Source: Chthoniobacteraceae bacterium
GTDB taxonomy: Bacteria > Verrucomicrobiota > Verrucomicrobiia > Chthoniobacterales > Chthoniobacteraceae
Direction: 5' to 3'
NCBI GenBank assembly: GCA_031409335.1
Contig: JANNWY010000167.1
Span: 1-10,723 of the forward strand
DNA length: 10,723 bases
How positions within the stretch are numbered: position 1 is the stretch's first letter; each line of letters begins with the position of its first letter. Positions 1 to 7,471 of the stretch are shown piece after piece. The translations under genes were made by a program, and so were the position numbers. Under the pieces are notes generated by a model. That model was not told the DNA's origin and made no database searches. It saw nothing but the letters and a program-made list of their open reading frames with translations.

Positions 1-910
1 CAATCAGATGTCCGTCCCTGCGTAACATGCCGTCCAGGTAACGCCTGTAAGAACCGTTCGAATCCGCACCTTCGGTAATGGAATCGCCGATCAGCATGAT
101 TTTCACCGGCGCGAGCGGAGGCGCTTTCATGAATTTATCGATGACGGGGGAAATGCCTTTTTCCCATGCCTGATAGCCCTCTTTGGTGAGATGAAGGCCG
201 TCGGTGAACAAGGCCTTGTTGATGGTGCCGTCGGGCTGGAGGAAGCTGTCCTGCAAGTTGACGAAGGCCACCTCGTTGTTATCAAGGGCGAGGCTGGCGT
301 TGATCGCGTTGACGCGTTGGCATTTCTGCCACCTAGCGTGTTCCGCGACGGGCAGCAATGCCATCAGGATCACACGGGTTTGCGGCAGCTTGCGACGGAA
401 CACCTGGGCGATCGCCCTTTGCCCATTGGCGATGTCCTCCGGCGGGCAGTCGGCACCGAGGTCCCACTTTTCCTTGCCGCCGGCGCTTTTCGTCACGCCG
501 AAGTTGTTGATGCCACACAGCAGCACCGCGACTTTGGGATGCCGCCCGGCGGCGAAATCCAGATTACCACGGGTCACGCGGTGAAGCATGACCGGAGTGA
601 TGTCGCCCGAGTTTCCCATGTTGATGGGATGATGATCTTTGAATTGATTTTCCCAAATCTCCCGACCGGTGGCGGGGCCGAGCGACCATGACCAGGTGAT
701 GGAATCGCCGAAGAAGACGAGCCGGGTGTTTTGTGCGGCAGCCACCTCGCGGTTGACCCTTTGAAACTCGCTGTTCCAGTAATCATCCAGCACCACGGAT
801 GGCAGCGTGGTGCTCGGAGACAGCGGGATCTCATCCCAGAAGTTTTCCGCGCCTTGCAGTGTGGAGATCAGGAGCGCGCCTGACAAATGGCAGATCCATC
901 GTGTATTCAT
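1..910 (-). CDS. Tandem SGNH/GDSL hydrolase (two GDSL domains), 3'-truncated by the window edge
   Basis: Manual translation from ATG at 910 stays open to position 2 (303 codons): MNTRWICHLSGALLISTLQGAENFW...RLVFFGDSITWSW (GDSIT 695-709)...NMGNSGD...LLCGINNF...FTDGLHL (191-202)...PVKIMLIGDSITEGADSNGSYRRYL (second GDSIT 74-88). Blocks I, II, III and V are complete in domain 1. The N-terminus is a plausible signal peptide. Absent from the ORF track because its stop codon lies outside the window. Confidence 0.9.
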   Translation of the reverse strand, partial: MNTRWICHLSGALLISTLQGAENFWDEIPLSPSTTLPSVVLDDYWNSEFQRVNREVAAAQNTRLVFFGDSITWSWSLGPATGREIWENQFKDHHPINMGNSGDITPVMLHRVTRGNLDFAAGRHPKVAVLLCGINNFGVTKSAGGKEKWDLGADCPPEDIANGQRAIAQVFRRKLPQTRVILMALLPVAEHARWQKCQRVNAINASLALDNNEVAFVNLQDSFLQPDGTINKALFTDGLHLTKEGYQAWEKGISPVIDKFMKAPPLAPVKIMLIGDSITEGADSNGSYRRYLDGMLRRDGHLI

Positions 911-984
911 TGGCTAAGATTATCTATGTTCCCCCATTGGTGTGACCCCCGCGTGATGTAACTCGTAGATGCGGGCGGCGACGC

Positions 985-1086
985 AGAGTAAGACAGGTTT
1001 CCAACCTGTCCAGCCGTGCGCACTCTGAGAATGCTCGCAGGGCTTGCGAGCCACGCTGGTGACAGGTTGGAAACCTGTCTTACTCT
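985..1086. repeat. Inverted doublet of REP-like palindromes (REPIN/BIME-like)
   Basis: AGAGTAAGACAGGTTTCCAACCTGTC (985-1010) is the exact reverse complement of GACAGGTTGGAAACCTGTCTTACTCT (1061-1086). Each arm is itself a hairpin (GACAGGTT-tcc-AACCTGTC) with a GTAA foot, resembling GTAG-family REPs. An inner hairpin GCTCGCA/TGCGAGC lies at 1033-1051. The element is intergenic. Confidence 0.8.
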
Positions 1087-1109
1087 CCATCTGCGCTTCA
1101 CCACTTGCA

Positions 1110-4100
1110 TTACGGCGTTGGCGTGGCTTCCACGCGGACGAACAGCTTGCCATCGGACGGAGCGGCGGCGGCCAGCGTTACGGTCACGGTTACAACCCCG
1201 CCCACCGCGGCGGCTGGCGACTGGTTTGCGGATGCGTCCAAGGTCCAAGCCGAAAGGTTCGTGCTGTAGTAAACTTTGTAGATGAGGCCGGAATTCGCTG
1301 TCCGGGTGTATTTGAAGACGCCGGTGGTTTGGTCGAGTTGCTGGGTGATCGGATTGACTGACGAGCCGGTGGTGGGATCCAGGCCGAAGGCGAATTCATA
1401 CTGATTGCTCTGGCCGTCGCCATCCGGATCACTGGTGGCAGCGGTGTCGGTGAAGGCCTGGGCGAAGGTTCGGTTAGCCCAGGTTTCGTAGGGACTCAGC
1501 GTTCCAATGGGCACATCGGCGAAGGTGAGCGCGGCGATGTCGTTGCTGCCTCTCAGGATGTCCGCCTGGTTCCAGGAAACGAGTCCTTTGAGGTAGGTGA
1601 TGGAGGTGGCTGACGATGCGCCGGAAACCTGCAGTTTGATCGTGTTGCCGGTGGCGCTGCCGGATGACACGGTGCCGGATGTGGCACCGGCGGCGTTCGC
1701 AAGAAACAGCATGGTCGGCGCACCCGAATTCCACGCGACGTTCTGGTCGAATTCCAGGGCGATTTCATTTTTGGTGGCGGTGGTGAAATAGGCCCTGTTG
1801 AGATTCGCCGCGGTGAAAACTGCGGCGGGCATATAGTTATCGATATCTTGTTGCAACATCGGGGCCAGCAGGTCCGAGAATACCTGATAGCCAGAAGGAA
1901 CGTAATGGCAGCCTGATCCGGGCACGATGCCATGGGTGCTCACGATCTTCATGTTCGAGTAGAGACGCGGCAGGGTGCGTTGCACCTCGCGGAGTTGATC
2001 GTTTCTGGAGGTGTCGCCGCAGGCAGCCGGCCAGATCTGGAAGATGTAATAGTTGAGGAGGTTGGGGAAATCCCCTTTCCAGGCGGCGGAGATGTCCACG
2101 AAGTATTGCTGGTAGAACTTGTAATCGTAGTCGCCGTCCGGGCCCTCGGAACCCTGGTCCTGTTCGCCCTGATGCCACATCACGGCGCGGATGCCATGGG
2201 TGAGCTTGGCCCCGACAATCCGGTTGTAGAGATCGGCGTAACTGTTTTCGCCATAACCAGCGCCAAGGGGCAGCGAGTGGTTGGCGGGATTCGGCCTATG
2301 CACATCGATGCGCGTGCCGCCGATTGCGCCGTTGATGATGCAGACGGGTATGTTGTTGTCCGCCAACAGGCGTTGGGCCAGGATGATGCCCCACACCCCC
2401 AGTTGTAATTCCGAGCCCTTATTGACCGCATTGCCCCAACCGACGGTTTTGCCATAGGAGCGAATCCACGGACTGGGCGCGGGGGCGTTAGCCTCGCCGT
2501 TGTCGGTGGCCAGCGCGTTCGACTGGCCCTCGATGATGAAGGCGTCGCCGCAAATCAGATTGGTCACCGTGGCGAGCGGGGCGGAGTCGACCCCGCCGGT
2601 GCGCGTGCCATAGGTCACCTTGTAGGTGAACTTGCCGGCCGGGATTGGCGCGGCGAACGCATAGGCGGTGCCCACCAAGGTTTGACGGTGGGTGCCGTAA
2701 AGCACATCCGAGCCGGTGTCGGTCGTGTAAACCTTCAGATAGACTTCGGTGGCGGGAGCGGCCTCCGTGCCGTTGTAATGGATCGTGCCCATGTTGGTAT
2801 TCGGGTCACGGGCGAAGAATTGATTGTTCACCGGCCTTTCCGTGGCGCCCGGGGTGCGTTGCACCCAGGCGTCGCTGGCGGGTTCCTGCACATTGATGAC
2901 GATGCTTTGTGAAACGGGCGTGCCGCCGTTGCCGATGATGAGGCTGACGGTCATCGGGCCGCTGCCTTGCGAGCGGGTGAGCGTGAGTGTGCCGTTGGAC
3001 GTTTGCTTGGTGACGGCCGCGCCGCTGACAGTCCACTTGTAGTTGAGCGTGCCGAAGCCGGCTGCCTGCATTGCGGCGAGGTTGCTGATGTTGGCGGTGA
3101 CGGTCATCGTCGTCCGCCCGTCCCATGGGGTTGTCGAGGGAACGAGGGTGAAAACCGGATCGGGAACGGTGTCGAGCACGGTGAGCGGCACGTTGATCGT
3201 CTGGACGCCACCGGCGAACACGGCCTTGAACTGGATGGTTGCCGAGTCATTTCCCGTGACGCGGGGAGCCGTGTAGTTGAGCGTGAGTTGGTCGGTGGCG
3301 AGCAAGGTTTCCTGGCCGTTCTTCTGATAGAGCCAGTAAACCTTCCGCGCACCGCCGGCCTGGGCGGTCAGGGTGGTGGTGGCAGCCTCGTTCATCGTCA
3401 CGGAGGTGGGCGAGACGGAGAAATTCGAACCGGATGGCACGATGCCGCCGACGAGGGTTTGCAGCGGCTTTTGGTTTTCATATTCGAGTTTCACCCAATC
3501 GGCGGAGCGCACGACGTTGGAAATGCGGACCTCGTCCATTTCGCCGACAAAGCTGAAGCCATCCGTGGGCACAAAGCCGCCGATGTCGAAGCGGCTGGAT
3601 GTGGGGATATTCATGGTGCCGCCGTTGTTCGATGCATCGAGCACGCCGTTGAGGTAAAGCCTGGTGCCGGTGGATTGATAGGTGTGAACGATGTATACCC
3701 ACTCGGCAGTTGGAACGGTGGCGGTGCCGGTAATGCCTGCTCCGCCGAAGAAGCAGTCCATGCTGATGCGCGGCGGGGCGGCGGCATACATGACCACCTT
3801 TGCCTGCGATGATTGGTTTCCCCATCCGAGCAAGGCTTTGCCGAAGGTCGAGGTGCGAATCCAGACGCCTGTGGAGAACGGCCCGTTGCCGGTGGGCAGG
3901 CCGCTGATGCTGGTGCCGCACTGGATGCCTTGGCCGGCGGCGAAGGTGCGGCTTCTGCCGATGAGGCCATTGGAGGCGGTGGTGCTGTTGTTGGCGGGCG
4001 TGGTCGTGCCGACGGTGTCCACAAGCGTGTCACTCATGTGGTGGACGCTGGCGTAGCCGTTGGAGGAGTTGAAAACGCTGGAGCCGCTGGAAAGAGTGCT

Positions 4101-6071
4101 TACGCCGCTCTTGCCCCAATACATGACAATTTCCTGCGTGGAATTGCCGGCGATGGCTGGGATCCGCACCCACACGGCGGCTTTGCCATTCACCGCATCC
4201 CATTGCTCGATCTGGTAGGAAAGCGCGGCACCGGCAACGGTGGTGAAACGGATGTCGCGTCCATCGCTCTGGGCCTCGGCAAAGTTGAAGTTGTTGGAGC
4301 TGAAACGAAGGAGCAGCGGGAAGTTGGTGACCGAGCCGGAGACATTGGCTCCATTGGCCGTGGTGTCGATGAACAGCGATCCCGAATACGCCCATGCGGC
4401 GAAGGTCTGCACGGAAACGGTGTAGTCTTTGAACGATGTGCCGTTCTCCGCAGTGACGCGATAGACGACCGAGTTGGTGAAATTCTGCGTGCTGGCGGCC
4501 GCAGGGTTGATGGTCGCGTTGGCGGAGAGCGTGAATGTCGGAGCCAATGAAGTTACCGACTGGCTCGGCGGCACGGTGAGCACGGCGGTGCCCGCGGCTT
4601 CATCAATCGCCGCGAGGCCGAGCGCGCCGAAGTTGCAGGTCAGCATCGCGCGGGCCGTGCTTGGCGGCGTGATGGTGACGGTGACAGCGTAGTTGTTGAC
4701 CGTGGCACCGTCGGTGACGGTGTAGGTGGCGGGGTTGGCGGAAGCGAAGGAGGGCGATGGTGACGAACCGCTGGTCTGATTGCAGGTGCCGGTGGTCAGG
4801 GTGAAGGTTGGCGCGAGGGTGGCGAGTCCGGAGACTCCCCAAGGCGTGTAGGGAACGGTGAGGGCGATGGTTTTCGCGGTCTGGTTGATGACGCCGGTGG
4901 AGCCGGGAATGCCGAAGGAAGTGATGACCGCGTTGGAGGAAAGCGACAGCACGCCGGTGGATTTGTTGAAGGTCCATGTCTGGCCGCCGGTGGTTTTGGT
5001 ATAGACGTTGCCGACGGGGCCGGTGAAACCTGTGAGTCCGAAAGTGCCGCCGAAGGATTTGGTGGTGGTGTCCACCAGTGTCCACGAGCCGCTGGTGACC
5101 GTGACGGCGGAAGTATCGACGGTGAAGTTTCCGTTGAGGGTGGCGGAACCGGCACCGGTGACTTTGTTGTTCGTCGTGCTCGAATCCGTGATCACGAATT
5201 TCAAGCCACCGCCATTCGAGAGGGTCATGGAAGCTCCGCCGCTGACAGTGGTGTTTCCGGTGAAGGTATTGACGCCCGACAGGGTCAACGCGCCGCTGCC
5301 GGTGACTTGCACGGCACCCGGACCGGAAATGATGCCGGACAAGGTCTGAGTCGCGGTGCTGGCGTAGTTGACAATGGTGGCGGTGTCGGTGGTGATGTTC
5401 CCCGCGTAGTTGCCGCTGCCAAGTGTGCCTGTTCCGATCGTGTTTCCGTTGTTCCGGGTCAAGGTGCCACCGATCGTGAAATAGCCGGTCGGCGGTCCCG
5501 AACCACGAACCAAGGTGATCGGGCCGGTGAATGAATTCACTCCCTTGAGGTTGACGTAATTGGGCTGTGCGGTTTGCGACCGAAAAGTCACCCGTAAGGA
5601 CATCGCGCTGCCATCGCCGACATTGGGAATCCCGTTGTTGAAAGTCACCGACTCACGGTCGCCATTTCCGCTGAAGCCCGTATAGATATCGAGAAGCTGT
5701 GCTCCGGTGGCGGAGGAAGTGATCACACCGTTCATCATGAAGTCGGTGTCGTTGTCATTGAAGCGCAGCGTGATGGTGCCGCCGGCGCCCGCGAACACGA
5801 TGGCATTGTGATTAGCGACCGTATTGTTCTGGAGCGGCGAGGTCTGAAGCGTGCCACCGCCATGAATGGTTAACGTGCCAGTGTCGTTCCAAGTGGTCGT
5901 AGTGCCGACCCTTGTCGTGTTGCTATCGTTGATGGTGAAGGTGTTGCCGCTGGTGATGGTGGTATCGGCGCAGGCCTTCTGGAGCAAGCCAATGGCGAGG
6001 GCGAGGCAGAGGATTGCGGAACAAAAGACGCGGAGGACCGCGAGCGGCGTGGATTTGATGTATGTCTTCAT
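1110..6071 (-). CDS. Large secreted multidomain protein: passenger-type beta-strand repeat, 2 Ig-like (DUF5018-like) repeats, DUF2341, LamG, SASA (sialate O-acetylesterase-like SGNH) domain, C-terminal DxDGDG tail
   Basis: 1653-aa ORF with a signal peptide (...LALAIGLLQKACA-DT). Passenger-type repeat TLSGIISGPGAVQVTGSGALTLSGVNTFTGNTTVSGG (~5235-5346). Two repeats sharing LAPTFTL...YxVT (~4405-4940). DUF2341-like NFPLLLRF...DGRDIRFT...YQIEQWD...AVWVRIP...MYWG (~4114-4400). LamG-like W-V-Y-I-V-H-T...RLYLNGVL...GEMDEVRISN (~3470-4055). SASA motifs GDAFIIEGQSNA (GQSN 2517-2528), NGAIGGT and WHQGEQD. Tail YETWA...DPDGDGQSNQYEFAFGLDP...YSTNLSAW...LFVRV. Confidence 0.88.
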   Translation of the reverse strand: MKTYIKSTPLAVLRVFCSAILCLALAIGLLQKACADTTITSGNTFTINDSNTTRVGTTTTWNDTGTLTIHGGGTLQTSPLQNNTVANHNAIVFAGAGGTITLRFNDNDTDFMMNGVITSSATGAQLLDIYTGFSGNGDRESVTFNNGIPNVGDGSAMSLRVTFRSQTAQPNYVNLKGVNSFTGPITLVRGSGPPTGYFTIGGTLTRNNGNTIGTGTLGSGNYAGNITTDTATIVNYASTATQTLSGIISGPGAVQVTGSGALTLSGVNTFTGNTTVSGGASMTLSNGGGLKFVITDSSTTNNKVTGAGSATLNGNFTVDTSAVTVTSGSWTLVDTTTKSFGGTFGLTGFTGPVGNVYTKTTGGQTWTFNKSTGVLSLSSNAVITSFGIPGSTGVINQTAKTIALTVPYTPWGVSGLATLAPTFTLTTGTCNQTSGSSPSPSFASANPATYTVTDGATVNNYAVTVTITPPSTARAMLTCNFGALGLAAIDEAAGTAVLTVPPSQSVTSLAPTFTLSANATINPAAASTQNFTNSVVYRVTAENGTSFKDYTVSVQTFAAWAYSGSLFIDTTANGANVSGSVTNFPLLLRFSSNNFNFAEAQSDGRDIRFTTVAGAALSYQIEQWDAVNGKAAVWVRIPAIAGNSTQEIVMYWGKSGVSTLSSGSSVFNSSNGYASVHHMSDTLVDTVGTTTPANNSTTASNGLIGRSRTFAAGQGIQCGTSISGLPTGNGPFSTGVWIRTSTFGKALLGWGNQSSQAKVVMYAAAPPRISMDCFFGGAGITGTATVPTAEWVYIVHTYQSTGTRLYLNGVLDASNNGGTMNIPTSSRFDIGGFVPTDGFSFVGEMDEVRISNVVRSADWVKLEYENQKPLQTLVGGIVPSGSNFSVSPTSVTMNEAATTTLTAQAGGARKVYWLYQKNGQETLLATDQLTLNYTAPRVTGNDSATIQFKAVFAGGVQTINVPLTVLDTVPDPVFTLVPSTTPWDGRTTMTVTANISNLAAMQAAGFGTLNYKWTVSGAAVTKQTSNGTLTLTRSQGSGPMTVSLIIGNGGTPVSQSIVINVQEPASDAWVQRTPGATERPVNNQFFARDPNTNMGTIHYNGTEAAPATEVYLKVYTTDTGSDVLYGTHRQTLVGTAYAFAAPIPAGKFTYKVTYGTRTGGVDSAPLATVTNLICGDAFIIEGQSNALATDNGEANAPAPSPWIRSYGKTVGWGNAVNKGSELQLGVWGIILAQRLLADNNIPVCIINGAIGGTRIDVHRPNPANHSLPLGAGYGENSYADLYNRIVGAKLTHGIRAVMWHQGEQDQGSEGPDGDYDYKFYQQYFVDISAAWKGDFPNLLNYYIFQIWPAACGDTSRNDQLREVQRTLPRLYSNMKIVSTHGIVPGSGCHYVPSGYQVFSDLLAPMLQQDIDNYMPAAVFTAANLNRAYFTTATKNEIALEFDQNVAWNSGAPTMLFLANAAGATSGTVSSGSATGNTIKLQVSGASSATSITYLKGLVSWNQADILRGSNDIAALTFADVPIGTLSPYETWANRTFAQAFTDTAATSDPDGDGQSNQYEFAFGLDPTTGSSVNPITQQLDQTTGVFKYTRTANSGLIYKVYYSTNLSAWTLDASANQSPAAAVGGVVTVTVTLAAAAPSDGKLFVRVEATPTP

Positions 6072-6094
6072 GATGCAGGTTCTAACGTGAAGGA

Positions 6095-7015
6095 TTACTT
6101 CAACAGACTCTTCATTCCCTCACCGGCCGCGTCGCCGATAAGAAAGTAACTCTCCGCATTGGCGAACCAGTGATGACCATGCCCGGGACAGGGAGAGAGT
6201 TCTGCCGGCCGGGCAAAATCGGTGGTCTTGATGAATATAGCATTCTTGATCTGCTTCGTTCCTTCTTCCTGCGCCTTTCTGAATTCAGACATCGCGCTCT
6301 CGGTCACCGGTCCGCCATTGCCAAGCTGGCCCACCACCACCGGCATGTTCGGGACATTGAATTCCTTGCGCAGATCCTTTACCAGATTGACGAGATTCTG
6401 CGCATATTCGGGTATCGCCGGTGCGGTGCACATGTCGTTCCAGCCCTGTTGCCAGTAGAAACCCGCTATTTCATATTTCTGATCCCCGAGATCCGCCAAG
6501 GCGGCGCGGATTTCTTCAACCATCTTGGTGTAGCAAGGGCCAACCTTGCCGCCGGAACTTGGCGGCCTGAAATTCTCATACAGGCTCTTGCCGCCCCATG
6601 CCGTTTTGATCAAAAGCACTGGCTCCTGGTAGAAGTCGCCCAGAACAAAACCGAAACCAAGCTCGGGTCCGATGTGACTGCTCCCGCCATAGCCCGTATA
6701 ACCGACGGTCAAGCCTCCCTTGCGCACCTTGTCGCGGACTTTGAACGATATCTGGACATCCTCCCGCACAACCCATTCGCCCTTCTCGTTCTTCAGCTTC
6801 TTCAACTTTTCGGCGCTCTCCGAATTCTTCATCGACCAGACCAGATTGCCTTTGCCGCCGTTGTAGTCCCTCTCTCCATCCATGGACACCACACCCTGAC
6901 CTTCCATGTTCGACTGGCCGGCGAGGATGAATACCTTCAGCATTCTCGACTGCGCACAGGCGTCGAACTGCAAGAGCGAAAAGGTGGAAAGGACGAAGAT
7001 CAGGAGTTTCTTCAT
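6095..7015 (-). CDS. Secreted sialate O-acetylesterase-like (SASA / CE6-like) SGNH esterase, ~306 aa
   Basis: Start moved from the track's 7219 to the ATG at 7015, which gives MKKLLIFVLSTFSLLQFDACA-QS (signal peptide). Motifs: KVFILAGQSNMEG (GQSN 6908-6919), GPELGFG, LLIKTAWGGKSL, GFYWQQGWND, GHHWFANAESY. It ends 23 bp before the start of the next gene, consistent with an operon. Confidence 0.9.
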   Translation of the reverse strand: MKKLLIFVLSTFSLLQFDACAQSRMLKVFILAGQSNMEGQGVVSMDGERDYNGGKGNLVWSMKNSESAEKLKKLKNEKGEWVVREDVQISFKVRDKVRKGGLTVGYTGYGGSSHIGPELGFGFVLGDFYQEPVLLIKTAWGGKSLYENFRPPSSGGKVGPCYTKMVEEIRAALADLGDQKYEIAGFYWQQGWNDMCTAPAIPEYAQNLVNLVKDLRKEFNVPNMPVVVGQLGNGGPVTESAMSEFRKAQEEGTKQIKNAIFIKTTDFARPAELSPCPGHGHHWFANAESYFLIGDAAGEGMKSLLK

Positions 7016-7090
7016 GGATGCTTTGCCGGCGAGTGTTGGCAGATCTTTGTTTACCCGGGCAGGAAATGGTAGAGAAAATATCTCATCAAC

Positions 7091-7174
7091 ATGAACCTTG
7101 AGTCCATCCAGGGCGAAATTAGGAAGGCCGGTCTCGACGGCTGGCTCTTTTTCGATCATCACGAACGCGACCCG
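7091..7174 (+). pseudogene. N-terminal stub (28 codons) resembling an M24-family (Xaa-Pro) metallopeptidase
   Basis: MNLESIQGEIRKAGLDGWLFFDHHERDP matches, from my recall, the N-terminus of M24 peptidases common in Acidobacteria (IQxxLRxxxLDGWLFxDHHxRDP, normally followed by xAYRVL...RRWFY). None of the three forward frames continues this after 7174. Confidence 0.6.
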
Positions 7175-7388
7175 CACGAAAAAGGGTCGATCCGTGCATG
7201 TGTGCAAAATCGGATTCAACTCCTGGTGGGGAACACGGCTGGGTGGGTGGTTGCCGCGCAGGGTTCGGATTCACAGGATGAAGGGGCCGTTTATCATGTT
7301 CTTGATCGTGGAAGTGCGATGTTCAGCCTGCCGCAGGCGCGTTTTGATTCAGGCGCGTGCTCCGATTCGCTCCGCCGTTGCGCGGGGC

Positions 7389-7409
7389 TGAACATTGAAC
7401 ATTGAACAT
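7389..7409. repeat. Tandem heptamer (TGAACAT)x3
   Basis: TGAACAT occurs at 7389, 7396 and 7403 in intergenic sequence. The first copy is part of a 10-bp inverted repeat with ATGTTCAGCC at 7319-7328. Confidence 0.75.
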
Positions 7410-7471
7410 CAAAAGAAGAGTTGCTGTGATGCGCGCTCCATTTCCACCAATCACACAACCCTTTCATCCTG

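Noticed and set aside
191..834. ORFs 191..691(+), 204..584(+), 333..518(-), 574..834(-)
   Set aside because: Antisense or off-frame shadows of the motif-supported GDSL gene at 1-910.
985..1086. Palindromic repeats as a CRISPR array
   Set aside because: Only two copies, in inverted rather than direct orientation, and no cas genes in view.
907..1361. Short ORFs spanning the REP doublet (TGWKPVL / QVGNLS peptides)
   Set aside because: The repeated peptides are just translations of the palindrome and carry no protein signal.
1190..6090. Many alternative-frame ORFs inside the 1653-aa gene
   Set aside because: Expected shadows in high-GC coding DNA, with no recognisable motifs.
2517..6919. Identical 12-mer GTTCGACTGGCC at 2517 and 6908
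   Set aside because: Both encode the conserved GQSN motif with preferred codons, so this is not a mobile or recombination repeat.
7041..7057. TTGGCAGATCTTTGT as a sigma-54 promoter (similar TGGC sites at 10203 and 10222)
   Set aside because: No GC dinucleotide at the required -12 spacing.
7016..7219. N-terminal 68 aa of the 374-aa ORF 6095..7219
   Set aside because: It would bury a clear signal peptide starting at 7015 and overlaps the opposite-strand peptidase-like stub. Treated as a non-coding open extension.
7091..7405. 104-aa ORF as a complete gene
   Set aside because: Only the first 28 codons look like a known protein. The rest runs through repeat-rich intergenic sequence.
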